From NCBI GenBank assembly GCA_963777315.1, contig CAVZQC010000005.1, positions 96,001 to 160,000 of the forward strand: a DNA stretch of 64,000 nucleotides, in the 5' to 3' direction. Shown here piece after piece: positions 29,461-41,765 of this stretch. Numbering within the stretch: the first letter of the stretch is position 1; every line of letters starts with the position of its first letter. The notes beneath the pieces are model-generated. The model saw nothing but the letters and a program-made list of their open reading frames with translations. It searched no databases and was not told where the DNA came from. Position numbers and translations under genes: made by a program. Source of the stretch: Vulcanimicrobiota bacterium. Lineage in GTDB: Bacteria > Vulcanimicrobiota > Vulcanimicrobiia > Vulcanimicrobiales > Vulcanimicrobiaceae.

Positions 29461-30654
29461 ACGCGACGTTCGAGCGCAAGCTTCGCGCAGATATCAACGA
29501 TCTCAAAGCCGCGGGAACGCACAAATCGCTGCGCCATCTCACTACGCCGATGGCTCCCGAAGTGCATATGGAAGAAGCAGGCGACGTCATCGTGCTTTCG
29601 AGCAACAACTATCTCGGGCTTTCGGACGAGCCTTCAGTGATCGAGGCAGGCAAAACCGGATTGGATCGGTACGGTGCGGGCACGGCGTCCGTGCGCTTTA
29701 TCTGCGGCACGTTCGACATTCACCGTACGCTGGAAGACCGCATCGCGCGGTTTTTGAGCACGGAGGCTTCCCTCACGTACGTCTCGTGCTGGAATGCCAA
29801 TACGGGGTTGTTTCCGGTAGTGTGCGAAGATGGCTCGGCAATTCTTTCCGACGAGCTCAATCACGCATCGATCATCGACGGCTGCCGGTTGGCGAGCAAG
29901 TCCCGGCGCGAACGTTACAAACACGGCGACATGCGGGACTTGGAGGAAAAACTCAAATCGCTGCATGGTGCGGCTCCTCTGCTCATCGTCACCGACGGCG
30001 TGTTTTCCATGGAAGGCAGCCTTGCGAAATTGCCCGATATCGTCGAATTGGCTAAACGCTACGACGCAGTTACGGTCGTCGACGATTCCCACGGTACCGG
30101 CGTTATGGGTAAGAACGGTCGCGGAACGATCGAGCATTTCGGTCTGGAAGGCCAGGTCGACATCATCACCGGCACGTTGGGAAAAGCGCTCGGCGGTGCG
30201 GCCGGAGGTTTCGTGGCGGGCAGCGGCGCGCTCATCGACACGTTGATTCAAAAATCGCGCCCGCAACTTTTTTCAAACGCATTACCCGCAACCGTGGCAT
30301 GCAGCTCGCTGGCCGCGCTCGATTATCTGGAGAAGCATCCCGAAAGAGTCGAACGGCTGCGAGCAAACGTCGCGTATTTTCGCACTCAGCTCGAGCGCCT
30401 TGGCTTCAAACCGCTGGAAGGGGAGAGCGCCATCGTTCCGATCATCGTCGGCGATACGGCGTTTGCCATTGCAATGAGCAACAAACTGCTCCAACGCGGC
30501 GTCTTCGTAACGGGTTTCGGCTACCCGGTAGTTCCCGAAGGCACCGCGCGGATCCGCGTGCAGATGAGCGCCAAGCTTAACGCAGGAAGAAATGGATCGG
30601 GCCTTGCAGGCGTTTTCCGCCGTAGGCAAAGAAGTCGGATTGCTGAAGGAGTAG
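29457..30654 (+). CDS. kbl: glycine C-acetyltransferase (apparent +1 frameshift near 30579)
   Basis: SNNYLGL, SVRFICGT, TLGKALGG, RIRVQMSA; the expected tail TQEEMDRALQAF..VGKE lies in the +1 frame and ends at TAG 30654. Confidence 0.93.
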
Positions 30655-30656
30655 GG

Positions 30657-31523
30657 CTAGGCCGCTGCCTTCGATCCGTGGCGCTGAGCGTACACGTTTG
30701 TAAACTGCGCTCCGAGCAGCATGATTTGCGCGGAGTAGTTGACCCAAATCAGGAAAACCACCAGTGAACCAAAGGCGCCGTAGCCCGAACTGACTCCGGC
30801 TCTGCCCAAATACCATCCAAGCAGAAATTGACCAACGACGAAAAGGAACGACGTGAATGCTGAACCAATCCACACGTCGCTCCATTCGATGTGGCAATCG
30901 GGCAAATATTCGAATAGCACCGCGAATCCCAGCCATATGACGGCGAACGAGATCACGAAGTCCACGATCTTGATGACCGTTGGGAAAAACGGCGCAATGT
31001 GGATGAGCCAGCCCGATGCGGCGGTGAGCAGCGCATTGACGCCTATCGAAATCAGCAGCAGCAGCGCGATCAGCATCATCACGCCAAAGCCGGTGATGCG
31101 CTGCTTTATCGCTTGCCAAATGCCCATTTTTTGCGGCGTGAGATCCCATATGGTGTTCAAAGCAAACTGTACCGCGTTGAAAAGGCCGATCGACGCGATG
31201 ATAAATACGATCCAGCCGACGATTTCGGCGAGAATACCTTTGCGCGGGGCGTTGAACGTCGCGGAAACGATCTGCTTGACCGCGCCTGCTCCTGCTCCGG
31301 CATCGCGCTGCAAATATCCAAAGATGTCGTTGAGAACCCGTTGGTGATTCCCCACCACCAAGCCGGCAATTTCGACGAGTACGATGATGAGCGGCGCGAC
31401 GGCGAAGGCGGCGAAATAGGCCAGAGCCGCAGCGAGCCATTGACCGTTGTGACGCCCGAATTCTTGCCATGTCTGCTTCGCAAGGGGCACCGCGTCTTGC
31501 CGCAGTTGCGTCCACGCACTCAT
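30657..31523 (-). CDS. YihY/BrkB family membrane protein
   Basis: AAALAYFAAF, LNTIW, YGAFGSLVVFLIWVNYSAQIMLLGA. Confidence 0.92.
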   Translation of the reverse strand: MSAWTQLRQDAVPLAKQTWQEFGRHNGQWLAAALAYFAAFAVAPLIIVLVEIAGLVVGNHQRVLNDIFGYLQRDAGAGAGAVKQIVSATFNAPRKGILAEIVGWIVFIIASIGLFNAVQFALNTIWDLTPQKMGIWQAIKQRITGFGVMMLIALLLLISIGVNALLTAASGWLIHIAPFFPTVIKIVDFVISFAVIWLGFAVLFEYLPDCHIEWSDVWIGSAFTSFLFVVGQFLLGWYLGRAGVSSGYGAFGSLVVFLIWVNYSAQIMLLGAQFTNVYAQRHGSKAAA

Positions 31524-31634
31524 AATGCCAACGCATTTACCCCGAACCGGAACGGGCAGCATGCGGGCGGCCGCTCTGAGGTTCCAGACCCGCCTGCTAA
31601 GGGGCTGCGCCTGCCTTTTCCGAAAAAGCGTGCC

Positions 31635-32039
31635 ATGCGCGAGAACCTGCGTTTCGAGGGACTGACGCTCACGGTCGAGAGCGTCGAAGAGTCGCTGCGT
31701 TTTTACCGGGACAAGATCAAACTCGACGTCGCTTTCGTTTCGCTGCCGGCGTTCGCGTTGTTACGCGCCGGCGAAGGGACCGTCGGTCTGCTTTCGCTCC
31801 AGGAAGCGGTCAAGGAGGGTGCGGCACGGACCACGCCCGAGCATAGACGCGGCATTCACATCGAGTTCAGTACCGACGACGTCGACGTCTTGTACGCGAG
31901 CCTTTCGGCAGACGGCGTTGAATTCGTCGAACCTCCGCATGACGAACCGTGGGAACGCTCTATGACGGCGCTGGATCCCGACGGGTACTCCGTTGAATTC
32001 GCGCAAGGCCGGCGCGGCTCTGCGCTGCAGAAGAACTAA
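31635..32039 (+). CDS. VOC/glyoxalase family protein
   Basis: SLRFYRD, DDVD, PHDEPWE, DPDGYSVEF. Confidence 0.88.
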   Translation: MRENLRFEGLTLTVESVEESLRFYRDKIKLDVAFVSLPAFALLRAGEGTVGLLSLQEAVKEGAARTTPEHRRGIHIEFSTDDVDVLYASLSADGVEFVEPPHDEPWERSMTALDPDGYSVEFAQGRRGSALQKN

Positions 32040-32744
32040 GGAACCTCTTAAAAACCCCCCACGCAGTCCATCGCCATGTCGCTTCTCGTCCAGTTCATCG
32101 TTGCTGCGGCGGCCACGATCCGCTGCATTGCGTTCGTCCTCGCGCCTGGAACTGACCATAATCGCCACGGCACTGCACCACGGAGACTTCTTCAGCGATT
32201 TCCCTAAAAAGCGGCGCCCGAATCCGAATGCCGTATACCGTGCCGTGGGCTCGGTACGTGCTACTTATGATGAAATGCATCCGCAAATGCATACGACGGG
32301 CGGATCTGCCCGTCGAGCCGTACACGTCCATGTACGATCTTCGGATCTCCGGGTTTCTCATGGAGAGCGTTGATGCCGGTTACGCAACCGTGCAGCAGCG
32401 GCTGGAAATTGGGCGATCTGTTCGGCTGCTGCGACGGATCCTGTTTGCGATCGGGTTCAAGGGAAGGCCATCTGTATGCGAACGAGAGCGATCCAAAGCG
32501 CGTGCGTCGATCGGTGGTCCATCGCGTTCTACAACAGCACGCGTCCGCAGCTCGGCGCTTGGCGACGGCACAGCTTGAAGAACCGAAACCAGCTCTAAAG
32601 GTCACAGCCGTAGCGCGGAACTCTACTTTTGCTTGCTATCGCCGGACCAATAGCGGCCTTTACATTTCACGGAGCCTGTTCGGCGATTTAGCAGGTTTGA
32701 TTCGGCTTTCAAGGCCCGTTCAATGTCGGCGTGGCGAAATCAGA

Positions 32745-32778
32745 AACGGCCCTCGTAAAAGCGTTCACAAGGACCGTT
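32745..32778 (-). terminator. hairpin downstream of tRNA-fMet
   Basis: Minus strand AACGGUCCUUGU...ACGAGGGCCGUU, a stem whose mismatches are G-U pairs only on the minus strand. Confidence 0.55.
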
Positions 32779-32786
32779 CCCGGCTT

Positions 32787-32863
<77 letters not shown>

Positions 32864-32883
32864 GTAGAAGCCTCATATACGCG

Positions 32884-33936
32884 ATGACCGCCGATGAATT
32901 CCTGCGCGACGTCCCAAAAGTCCAACTGCACTGCCACTTAGAAGGGACGCTGCGCGCTTCCACGTTCCTGGACCTCGCTCGCCGGCACCGAGTTGCGCTC
33001 ACCTATAGATCCGGAGACAGTGATGGCTCGCTCGTTTCCGCCGAGCTGCTCTCAGCCGACTGCCGAACCGTCTATCGCTTCGCTGACTTCGGCGAATTCC
33101 TCATGACATTTGCAGCAGTAAGCCGCTCGCTCGCTAACCCCGAAGACTACCGCCGGTTGGCGCTGGAATACATCGAGGACGCGCAGCCGCAAAACGTCGT
33201 TTACGCCGAGCTGTTCATCTCGCCCTCGGTGTGGCGTTTCTTTCATCCCGAACTCGACGTGCGCGCGTGCGTGCAACAAATGCGTGCTGAATTTGATGCC
33301 GCTCTCAACGGCCCGCAAGTCAAATTGATCGTGGATTTGACGCGCAACTTCGGCGTGGAAAGCGCGATGCGAACCGCGCTGCTCGCTGCAGAACTGCAGG
33401 ACCTCGGCGTGATCGGCATTGGGTTGGGAGGCGACGAAGCGCGTTTTCCGGCGCAGATGTTCGCGCGGCCGTTCGATTACGCGCGCTCGCAAGGCCTGCA
33501 TGCCGTGGCGCATGCGGGCGAAGCCGCCGGAGCCGAGAGTGTGTGCGCTGCGATAGAAGTGTTGGGAGTCCAACGTATCGGCCATGGGTTACGCGCGCTC
33601 GAAGATCCGCGCGTCGTGGCGCTGCTCGCGCAGCGGCGCATTGCGCTGGAAGTTTGTCCGACCTCGAACTTCCTGACCGGCATCGCGCAGCGTGATAACC
33701 CCCACCCTCTGGTAGAACTCGACGCGGCCGGCTGTATCGTTACCATTGATGCAGACGATCCGGCGCTCTTTGCAACGAGCATCACCAACGAATACGCTTA
33801 CGTCGAACGGCTGTGCGGGCGTGAAACGCTGGTGCGTTTCATACGCAATGCGGTCGACGCGAGCTTCGCCGGTGCCACATGGAAGGCCGACATGCACTCG
33901 CGCCTCGAACGGTACATCCACAATGTCGGGACATAG
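32884..33936 (+). CDS. add: adenosine/adenine deaminase
   Basis: PKVQLHCHLEG, HAGE, RIGHG, EVCPTSN, DDP. Confidence 0.93.
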   Translation: MTADEFLRDVPKVQLHCHLEGTLRASTFLDLARRHRVALTYRSGDSDGSLVSAELLSADCRTVYRFADFGEFLMTFAAVSRSLANPEDYRRLALEYIEDAQPQNVVYAELFISPSVWRFFHPELDVRACVQQMRAEFDAALNGPQVKLIVDLTRNFGVESAMRTALLAAELQDLGVIGIGLGGDEARFPAQMFARPFDYARSQGLHAVAHAGEAAGAESVCAAIEVLGVQRIGHGLRALEDPRVVALLAQRRIALEVCPTSNFLTGIAQRDNPHPLVELDAAGCIVTIDADDPALFATSITNEYAYVERLCGRETLVRFIRNAVDASFAGATWKADMHSRLERYIHNVGT

Positions 33937-34588
33937 CCATTTTGCCGAATCGACCGAGGAATATCTCGAAGCGGTGTACCGCTTGGAACGGGAAGGCCCG
34001 GGCGTAAGCACATCCGGCCTTGCTTCCGAGCTCGGCGTCGCACCGGCGTCCGTGTCCGGTATGCTGAAAAAGCTCGCGGCGGAAGGCTACCTCGAACACG
34101 TCGCGCGCGGCGAGGTAACGCTTACGCGCAAAGGTCTGGAAGTTGCGGTTCGCGTGGTGCGGCGCCATCGTTTGGCGGAACGCTTGCTGACCGACGTGCT
34201 CGGCATGCCGTGGGACGAAGTCCAGCAGGAAGCTTGTATGCTCGAGCACGCCATTTCGGAAAACGTCGAGCAGCGGCTCATCGCGATTTTGGGCGATCCG
34301 CAAGTCTGTCCGCACGGGTTGCCGATCCCGCCCAAGGACTTGAGCGATCCGTCGCGGCTGGGAGTTCCGCTCGCGCAAGTCGACGTCGGCAGTGAAGCCG
34401 TCGTGCAGGGCGTTACCCAAGAAGTGCCCGAGATGCTGCGGTATTTGGGCGAAGTCGGTCTGCGTCCGGGTGCAAACGTGCGCGTTCACGACAAAGCGCC
34501 GCTGGGCGGCCCGTTGACCGTTGAGGTGCGCGAACGCAGGCACGCCATCTCGCTGGAACTTGCGCGCATGGTGCTGGTTACGGCTTGA
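33923..34588 (+). CDS. DtxR/MntR family metal-dependent repressor with FeoA/SH3 domain
   Basis: EEYLEAVY, RRHRLAE, EACMLEH, CPHGLPIP. Confidence 0.93.
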   Translation: MSGHSHFAESTEEYLEAVYRLEREGPGVSTSGLASELGVAPASVSGMLKKLAAEGYLEHVARGEVTLTRKGLEVAVRVVRRHRLAERLLTDVLGMPWDEVQQEACMLEHAISENVEQRLIAILGDPQVCPHGLPIPPKDLSDPSRLGVPLAQVDVGSEAVVQGVTQEVPEMLRYLGEVGLRPGANVRVHDKAPLGGPLTVEVRERRHAISLELARMVLVTA

Positions 34589-35235
34589 TCACTCGCGCGC
34601 TCGTCGCGATCAACATCGTAGCGTTTCTTTGGGAGTTGCGCGTGGGCGGTTCCGGCGTGTTCAGCGGCGGCATTCCATCGGGAACCCTCATCGACGGCGG
34701 TTTGCTTTCGCCCAACTCCGTGCTGATCGGTCACGAATATTATCGCATCTTTACCAGCGCGTTTCTGCACGGCAGCATCGCGCACATCGGCCTGAACATG
34801 CTCTCGTTGTATTGGCTGGGCCGGTTCATCGAAGTGGTCCTCGGATCGTGGCGTACGCTGCTGGTGTATTTTGTCGCGCTGATCGTTTCGGGAATAAGCG
34901 TGGTGCTATTTTCGCCGCCAAACGCCGCAACGCTGGGCGCGAGCGGCGCGATCTTCGGTTTGTTCGGAGCGCTGTTTGCGATCGGGTTGAAGCTCGGAGA
35001 TCGCGGCAAAGACTTGGTGCGCGCGAACGTCGGCATCCTGGTGCTCAATCTCATCTGGAGTTTCGCCGTTCCCGGAATATCGTGGCAGGCGCACGTCGGA
35101 GGCTTGGTTTCCGGTTTCATCCTCACGTATCTCATTTTCTGGCCGCCGCGCCCGGTGTTTACGCGCGTGTACGATCCGCACAGCGGGGCGCAGTACGATT
35201 CGCAGCTCGAGATGCCCGATGACGATCGCCATTGA
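34585..35235 (+). CDS. rhomboid intramembrane serine protease
   Basis: FLHGSIAHIGLNM, GASG, HVGG. Confidence 0.93.
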   Translation: MITRALVAINIVAFLWELRVGGSGVFSGGIPSGTLIDGGLLSPNSVLIGHEYYRIFTSAFLHGSIAHIGLNMLSLYWLGRFIEVVLGSWRTLLVYFVALIVSGISVVLFSPPNAATLGASGAIFGLFGALFAIGLKLGDRGKDLVRANVGILVLNLIWSFAVPGISWQAHVGGLVSGFILTYLIFWPPRPVFTRVYDPHSGAQYDSQLEMPDDDRH

Positions 35236-37150
35236 CGACGTCTTTGCACCGAACGGCCCGATAGAGCGTGCGCTCGCGGGCTTTGAAGCGCGGCCTGGTC
35301 AGGTGCAGATGGCGCAGCTCATCGAACGCGGGTTTCTCGAAGGGATGCACACGATCGTCGAAGCCGGAACCGGCGTAGGCAAATCGCTGGCGTATCTGGT
35401 GCCCGCGCTGCGCAGCGGAAAGAAAGTCGTGCTGTCGACCGGCACGATTGCGCTGCAGGAACAGCTCGTCCTCAAAGACATTCCGCTGGTGACGCGCGCC
35501 CTGGACATTCGCGCGCGCATCACGTTGCTCAAAGGCCGCAGTCACTACCTATGCAAGCAAAAGCTCGAGCGCATGCGTTCGGAGCGTTTGCTCGCGTCGT
35601 CGTCGACGATGGAGCGGATGTGGGCGTGGGGTGCGTCAACGGAAACCGGCGATCGCGCCGAGTTGCCATTCGTGCCGCCGGGCGATGAATGGGAGCAGCT
35701 TGATGCCGACGCGGACGATTGCGTTGGGGAGTTTTGCGAGCATTTCCGCGACTGTTTTTTCTTTCGCAAGCGAGATGAAGCGAAATATGCCGATGTCGTC
35801 GTCGTCAATCATGCGCTCTTTTTTCTGGATCTCGCAATGGGAGGCGGATTGCTGCCGCCCTACGATTTTGCCGTATTGGACGAGGCGCATCAGTGCGAGC
35901 GCTGGGCGACGGCCGCTCTGACCGCGACGCTGTCGCGTTCGACGATCGCGCGCATGCTGCGCAAGCTGCATCGTTCGTACTCGCTGCCAGGGCATTTCGA
36001 CGGCGAATTCGATCGCGGCGTGCGCGGTTTGGAATCGGCGCTGGCGCGCGTTCCGGGCGACCGCTATCCGCTTGCCGCCAACGACGAGGCTGGCCCCGCG
36101 CTGGAGTCGCTGCGCGAGACGCTGTACAAGCTGGAGAACTGGCTGTACGCCAACTGGCACGACGCGCTCAAAAAACGGACGCAAGGTGATGCTTCGGCTG
36201 CGTCGGTGCAGGCCGCCGAACGCAGGCGCGATTTGGCGATGCGAACGATATTGGCGCACCAAGCGACGATCGAACGCGCGCAGTCGCCGCCTGAAACGGC
36301 GATTGCATGGGTCGAGCGCAGCGAAAGCGACGCGCGCTATCAAATCAGCAGCGCGCCGTTCGACGTTGCCGATTTTTTGCAGGCTGCGCTGTTCGAGCGC
36401 ACGCCCAGCGTCGTGCTTACCAGCGCGACCATCGCAAACGGGGCTTGGGGCGAGGCCGGTCCATTCGGTTTCCTCAAGGAATCGCTTGGTGTCACTCGCG
36501 CGCAGGAGCTCATTGCACCCTCGCCGTTCGACTTCCCCAAACAAGCGCGCTTGTACGTGGCTTCGTCCGCGCTCAATCCGAAATCCGAAAACTTTGCGCG
36601 CCGAGCGGCGCCCGTGGTTGAAGAATGTTTGGATCGCAGCCGGGGGCGAGCGTTCGTGCTGTTTACCTCTTATGCGCGGCTGCGCGAAGTGTACGCGCTG
36701 GTGCGCGAGCGAATCGCGTTTCCGGTGCGGCTGCAAGGCGAACTGCCGCGTCCGCGCCTTCTGCAGTGGTTTCGCTCGACGCCCAACGCCGTGCTCTTCG
36801 CAACCGGAACGTTTTGGGAAGGAATCGACGTGGTCGGCGAACAGCTCTCGTGCGTCATCATCGATCGCCTTCCGTTCCCTTCACCCACCGATCCGCTCGT
36901 GCGCGCGCGCATCGAAGCGCTCGAGAGCCGCGGGCGCAGCGGGTTCGATCACTACATGATTCCATCCGCTGTCGTGCGTCTCAAGCAGGGGTTCGGGCGT
37001 CTCATCCGCAGTAAGAGCGATCGCGGGCTCGTTGCCATTTTGGATGGCCGCGCTGCATCGTCGCGGTACGGCAAGGTCATTCTCGATGCATTGCCGCCTG
37101 CCACGCGGATATCTCACCTCGAAGAGTTGACGGAGTTTTTCGATCGATGA
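35219..37150 (+). CDS. DinG/YoaA-family Fe-S DNA helicase
   Basis: EAGTGVGKS, KGRSHYLC, DEAH, TSAT, FWEGID, QGFGRLIR. Confidence 0.93.
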   Translation: MTIAIDDVFAPNGPIERALAGFEARPGQVQMAQLIERGFLEGMHTIVEAGTGVGKSLAYLVPALRSGKKVVLSTGTIALQEQLVLKDIPLVTRALDIRARITLLKGRSHYLCKQKLERMRSERLLASSSTMERMWAWGASTETGDRAELPFVPPGDEWEQLDADADDCVGEFCEHFRDCFFFRKRDEAKYADVVVVNHALFFLDLAMGGGLLPPYDFAVLDEAHQCERWATAALTATLSRSTIARMLRKLHRSYSLPGHFDGEFDRGVRGLESALARVPGDRYPLAANDEAGPALESLRETLYKLENWLYANWHDALKKRTQGDASAASVQAAERRRDLAMRTILAHQATIERAQSPPETAIAWVERSESDARYQISSAPFDVADFLQAALFERTPSVVLTSATIANGAWGEAGPFGFLKESLGVTRAQELIAPSPFDFPKQARLYVASSALNPKSENFARRAAPVVEECLDRSRGRAFVLFTSYARLREVYALVRERIAFPVRLQGELPRPRLLQWFRSTPNAVLFATGTFWEGIDVVGEQLSCVIIDRLPFPSPTDPLVRARIEALESRGRSGFDHYMIPSAVVRLKQGFGRLIRSKSDRGLVAILDGRAASSRYGKVILDALPPATRISHLEELTEFFDR

Positions 37151-38166
37151 AAACACGATTCGCCTGTACGATCGCTTTGGCGATGCTCTGCTGCAGCGCA
37201 CCGGCGTTCGCGTGGGGATCTAAAGGCCACACGATCGTAAACCACCTCGCAGCGTTGAGTTTTGCGGGCCGCATGCCGGCGTTTTTGACCGGTTCCTGGA
37301 GTGCATACGAGATCGGTTTTCTCGGCCCGGAGCCCGACGAGTTGAAGGATGCGGGCCGGTCGTGGGATGCCGATTACGATCCGGGGCATTACGTGGATTT
37401 GCGCGACGACGGCAGCATCGCGGGCGCCGTTTGGATCGACCGCCTCGCGGCTGATCGGCAGGCTTACGATACCGCGCTGCGCGCCTCGAACACCGATCAG
37501 TACAAACAGGGATATCTGCCGTACGCGATCTTGGACGGCTGGGAGCAGTTGCGTAAAGACTTTGCGTACTGGCGTGTCGATAACTATACGGCATCACGCG
37601 CTCGCACGCGCGCGGCGCGCCTGATAGCGGTGGACGATCGCAGCATCGAGGAAAGCATTACCAAACGCGACCTTGGGATGTGGGGACATTTCGTGGCGGA
37701 CGCATGCCAGCCGCTGCACGTCACCGTGCACTTCAACGGTTGGGGGCCCTATCCCAATCCCAATGGCTACACGCAGGATCGCACGACGCATTCGCAGTTT
37801 GAAAGCGAATTTGTCGACCGCTACGTGAGCGAAAAAGGCGTCGCCCAATTGATGCAGCACGCGTCGAGCCTCTCAGCGCCGACCGCGCTGATCTCCCAGA
37901 CCGACGTCATGAAGGTGATCGCGCGCTACCTGCTTGCGAGCAATCGAACCGTCGCGCAATTGTACGACATCGAGAAAACCGGCGGTTTTGGCGACGGCTC
38001 ACCGCAGGCGATTCGGTTTACGCAAATGCGGCTGGCCGCCGGAGCAATGGAACTGCGCGATCTTTCCGTGTGGGCGTGGCAGGACAGCTTGTACGCAACG
38101 GTCGGCTACCCGAACGAAACGGTGCGCGACGTCCTCTCGGGTAAGGCGCCCTGGCCGCAGCGTTGA
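37147..38166 (+). CDS. exported S1/P1-type nuclease
   Basis: Signal peptide then W-G-x-x-G-H; HYVD; HFVADACQPLH; HSQFE. Confidence 0.88.
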   Translation: MKTRFACTIALAMLCCSAPAFAWGSKGHTIVNHLAALSFAGRMPAFLTGSWSAYEIGFLGPEPDELKDAGRSWDADYDPGHYVDLRDDGSIAGAVWIDRLAADRQAYDTALRASNTDQYKQGYLPYAILDGWEQLRKDFAYWRVDNYTASRARTRAARLIAVDDRSIEESITKRDLGMWGHFVADACQPLHVTVHFNGWGPYPNPNGYTQDRTTHSQFESEFVDRYVSEKGVAQLMQHASSLSAPTALISQTDVMKVIARYLLASNRTVAQLYDIEKTGGFGDGSPQAIRFTQMRLAAGAMELRDLSVWAWQDSLYATVGYPNETVRDVLSGKAPWPQR

Positions 38167-38174
38167 TCCGGTAA

Positions 38175-40130
<1,956 letters not shown>

Positions 40131-40179
40131 TCATGCGTTTTACCGGGAACTCACGCGCATGCCTGCCGAAAATAACCGG

Positions 40180-40647
40180 GTGAACGTTTCCGCGCTCGTG
40201 CTTGCAGTCCTTACGAGCACCGGCCTTGCGACGGTGCAGTACGGTGCACCGCCGCCGGATTTTCAAGTGCCGACCTCGCAGGGCAGCCGCCCGCTTTCGC
40301 AACTGCGCGGCAAACCGGTCGTTATCAACTTTTGGGCGACCTGGTGTCCGCCGTGCACCAGCGAGTTGCCGTATTTCGAGCGTCTCGCGCAACGTTACGG
40401 CGACCGCATCCGCATCATCACCGTCGATTGGAATGAACCGCCGGACGTCGCGCTCGACTACTTGCGCGGTCAGGGGCTCGATTTATCGCTCATTTCCGAC
40501 CGGCAAGGCAAGATTTACAAAGCTTACTCGCTTTCCGAGGTGCCGGACACGGTTGTGCTCGATTCCGACGGAAAAGTGGCCTATGTTTCCGTCGGTGGCC
40601 TTTCCTGGAACGAGCTCGTGAGCGCCGTCGAGAAGGTTTTGCAGTAA
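40180..40647 (+). CDS. TlpA-family thiol-disulfide oxidoreductase
   Basis: NFWATWCPPC; N-terminal hydrophobic anchor; start 40159 or 40180. Confidence 0.88.
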   Translation: MNVSALVLAVLTSTGLATVQYGAPPPDFQVPTSQGSRPLSQLRGKPVVINFWATWCPPCTSELPYFERLAQRYGDRIRIITVDWNEPPDVALDYLRGQGLDLSLISDRQGKIYKAYSLSEVPDTVVLDSDGKVAYVSVGGLSWNELVSAVEKVLQ

Positions 40648-40651
40648 AGTC

Positions 40652-40678
40652 TTGGCACTCCGCTGCCGAGATTGCTAA
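40652..40678 (+). promoter_or_regulatory. CIRCE operator overlapping the hrcA promoter
   Basis: TTGGCACTC-N9-GATTGCTAA vs consensus TTAGCACTC-N9-GAGTGCTAA. Confidence 0.92.
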
Positions 40679-40687
40679 GATAACGAC

Positions 40688-41758
40688 ATGAACAGCGGCG
40701 AACCGAGCGGCGGCGTGCCTTCGGGCGAACTCGACAAGCGCAAAGCCTATATTCTGGCCACGGTGGTGTACGAGTACATCGCCACGGCGGAGCCTGTCGC
40801 ATCGCAAACGCTCACGCACAAGTACAGCCTGGGCGTCAGCTCGGCAACCGTCCGCAACGAGATGGCGGAATTAGAAGCGGGCGGTTACCTGGTGCAGCCG
40901 CACACGTCGGCGGGCCGCGTGCCGTCGGATGCCGGATACCGTCTGTACGTCGATCATCTCATGCAGCCCGAACGGCTCGGACCGGGCGATCGCCGGCGCA
41001 TTCGCGACGAGTTGCGCGATGCCAGCCGCGAGCTCGACGAAATCATCGAAGGCACTACACGCTTGCTCGGGCGGCTATCCAAAAATTTGGCCTTCGTCAC
41101 CAAGCCCGCTCCCGAAACCACGACGTTCCGGCATCTTCAGTTGATCTGGCTTTCGCCGCGAACCGGCGTGGCAATCGTCGTGACGTCGTTGGGCGTTTCG
41201 GCGCAATCGCTGTTCGAGCTCGCGGCCGACGTGACGCCGGACGATCTCACCAACCTTTCCAACGCGCTCAATGCGCGTTTGGGCAATCGGGTGCTGCGCG
41301 ACATCGCCGAGAGCGATATCGGAACGGCAATTGCGCAGTTGGGATTGCACGACGATCTGAAAAACGCCGTGCTGGCCGCGCTGCGCACCGTACGCTCGGG
41401 CGAGCAGCAGCCGCTCACGTCTTCCGGAGCGCAAAATTTGCTCGATCAGCCCGAGTTCCATGATCTTCGCAAGCTGCGCTCGATTTTGCGCATCGTCGAA
41501 GAGCAGAAGACGCTGTACGACGTCGTGGCCGATTCCATCAACGTTGAATCGCCGTCGGTGAAAATCGGCCGCGAGCTGGGCGTGGAAGAGATGACGGATT
41601 TCAGCATCGTCACGGTGCCGTACCGTTTCGGACAGCACGCGATTGGCATGCTGTCCATTTTGGGGCCGCGCCGCATGCCGTACGCGCGTTTGATGGCGCT
41701 GGCTTCGGGTACGGCAGAAACGCTTTCCGAACGCCTTTCCGACGTAGAGATCAAATAA
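40688..41758 (+). CDS. hrcA: heat-inducible transcription repressor HrcA
   Basis: SSATVRNEMAELE, QPHTSAGRVPSD.GYR, ILGPRRM. Confidence 0.97.
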   Translation: MNSGEPSGGVPSGELDKRKAYILATVVYEYIATAEPVASQTLTHKYSLGVSSATVRNEMAELEAGGYLVQPHTSAGRVPSDAGYRLYVDHLMQPERLGPGDRRRIRDELRDASRELDEIIEGTTRLLGRLSKNLAFVTKPAPETTTFRHLQLIWLSPRTGVAIVVTSLGVSAQSLFELAADVTPDDLTNLSNALNARLGNRVLRDIAESDIGTAIAQLGLHDDLKNAVLAALRTVRSGEQQPLTSSGAQNLLDQPEFHDLRKLRSILRIVEEQKTLYDVVADSINVESPSVKIGRELGVEEMTDFSIVTVPYRFGQHAIGMLSILGPRRMPYARLMALASGTAETLSERLSDVEIK

Positions 41759-41765
41759 CCGTTTA

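Noticed and set aside
30577..30767. Extended kbl C-terminus or programmed frameshift
   Set aside because: A single extra A explains it; the family-typical tail is in the +1 frame and there is no slippery site
35219..38166. DinG plus nuclease as type IV CRISPR or a defence system
   Set aside because: No cas genes or array; the nuclease has a signal peptide; the context is housekeeping
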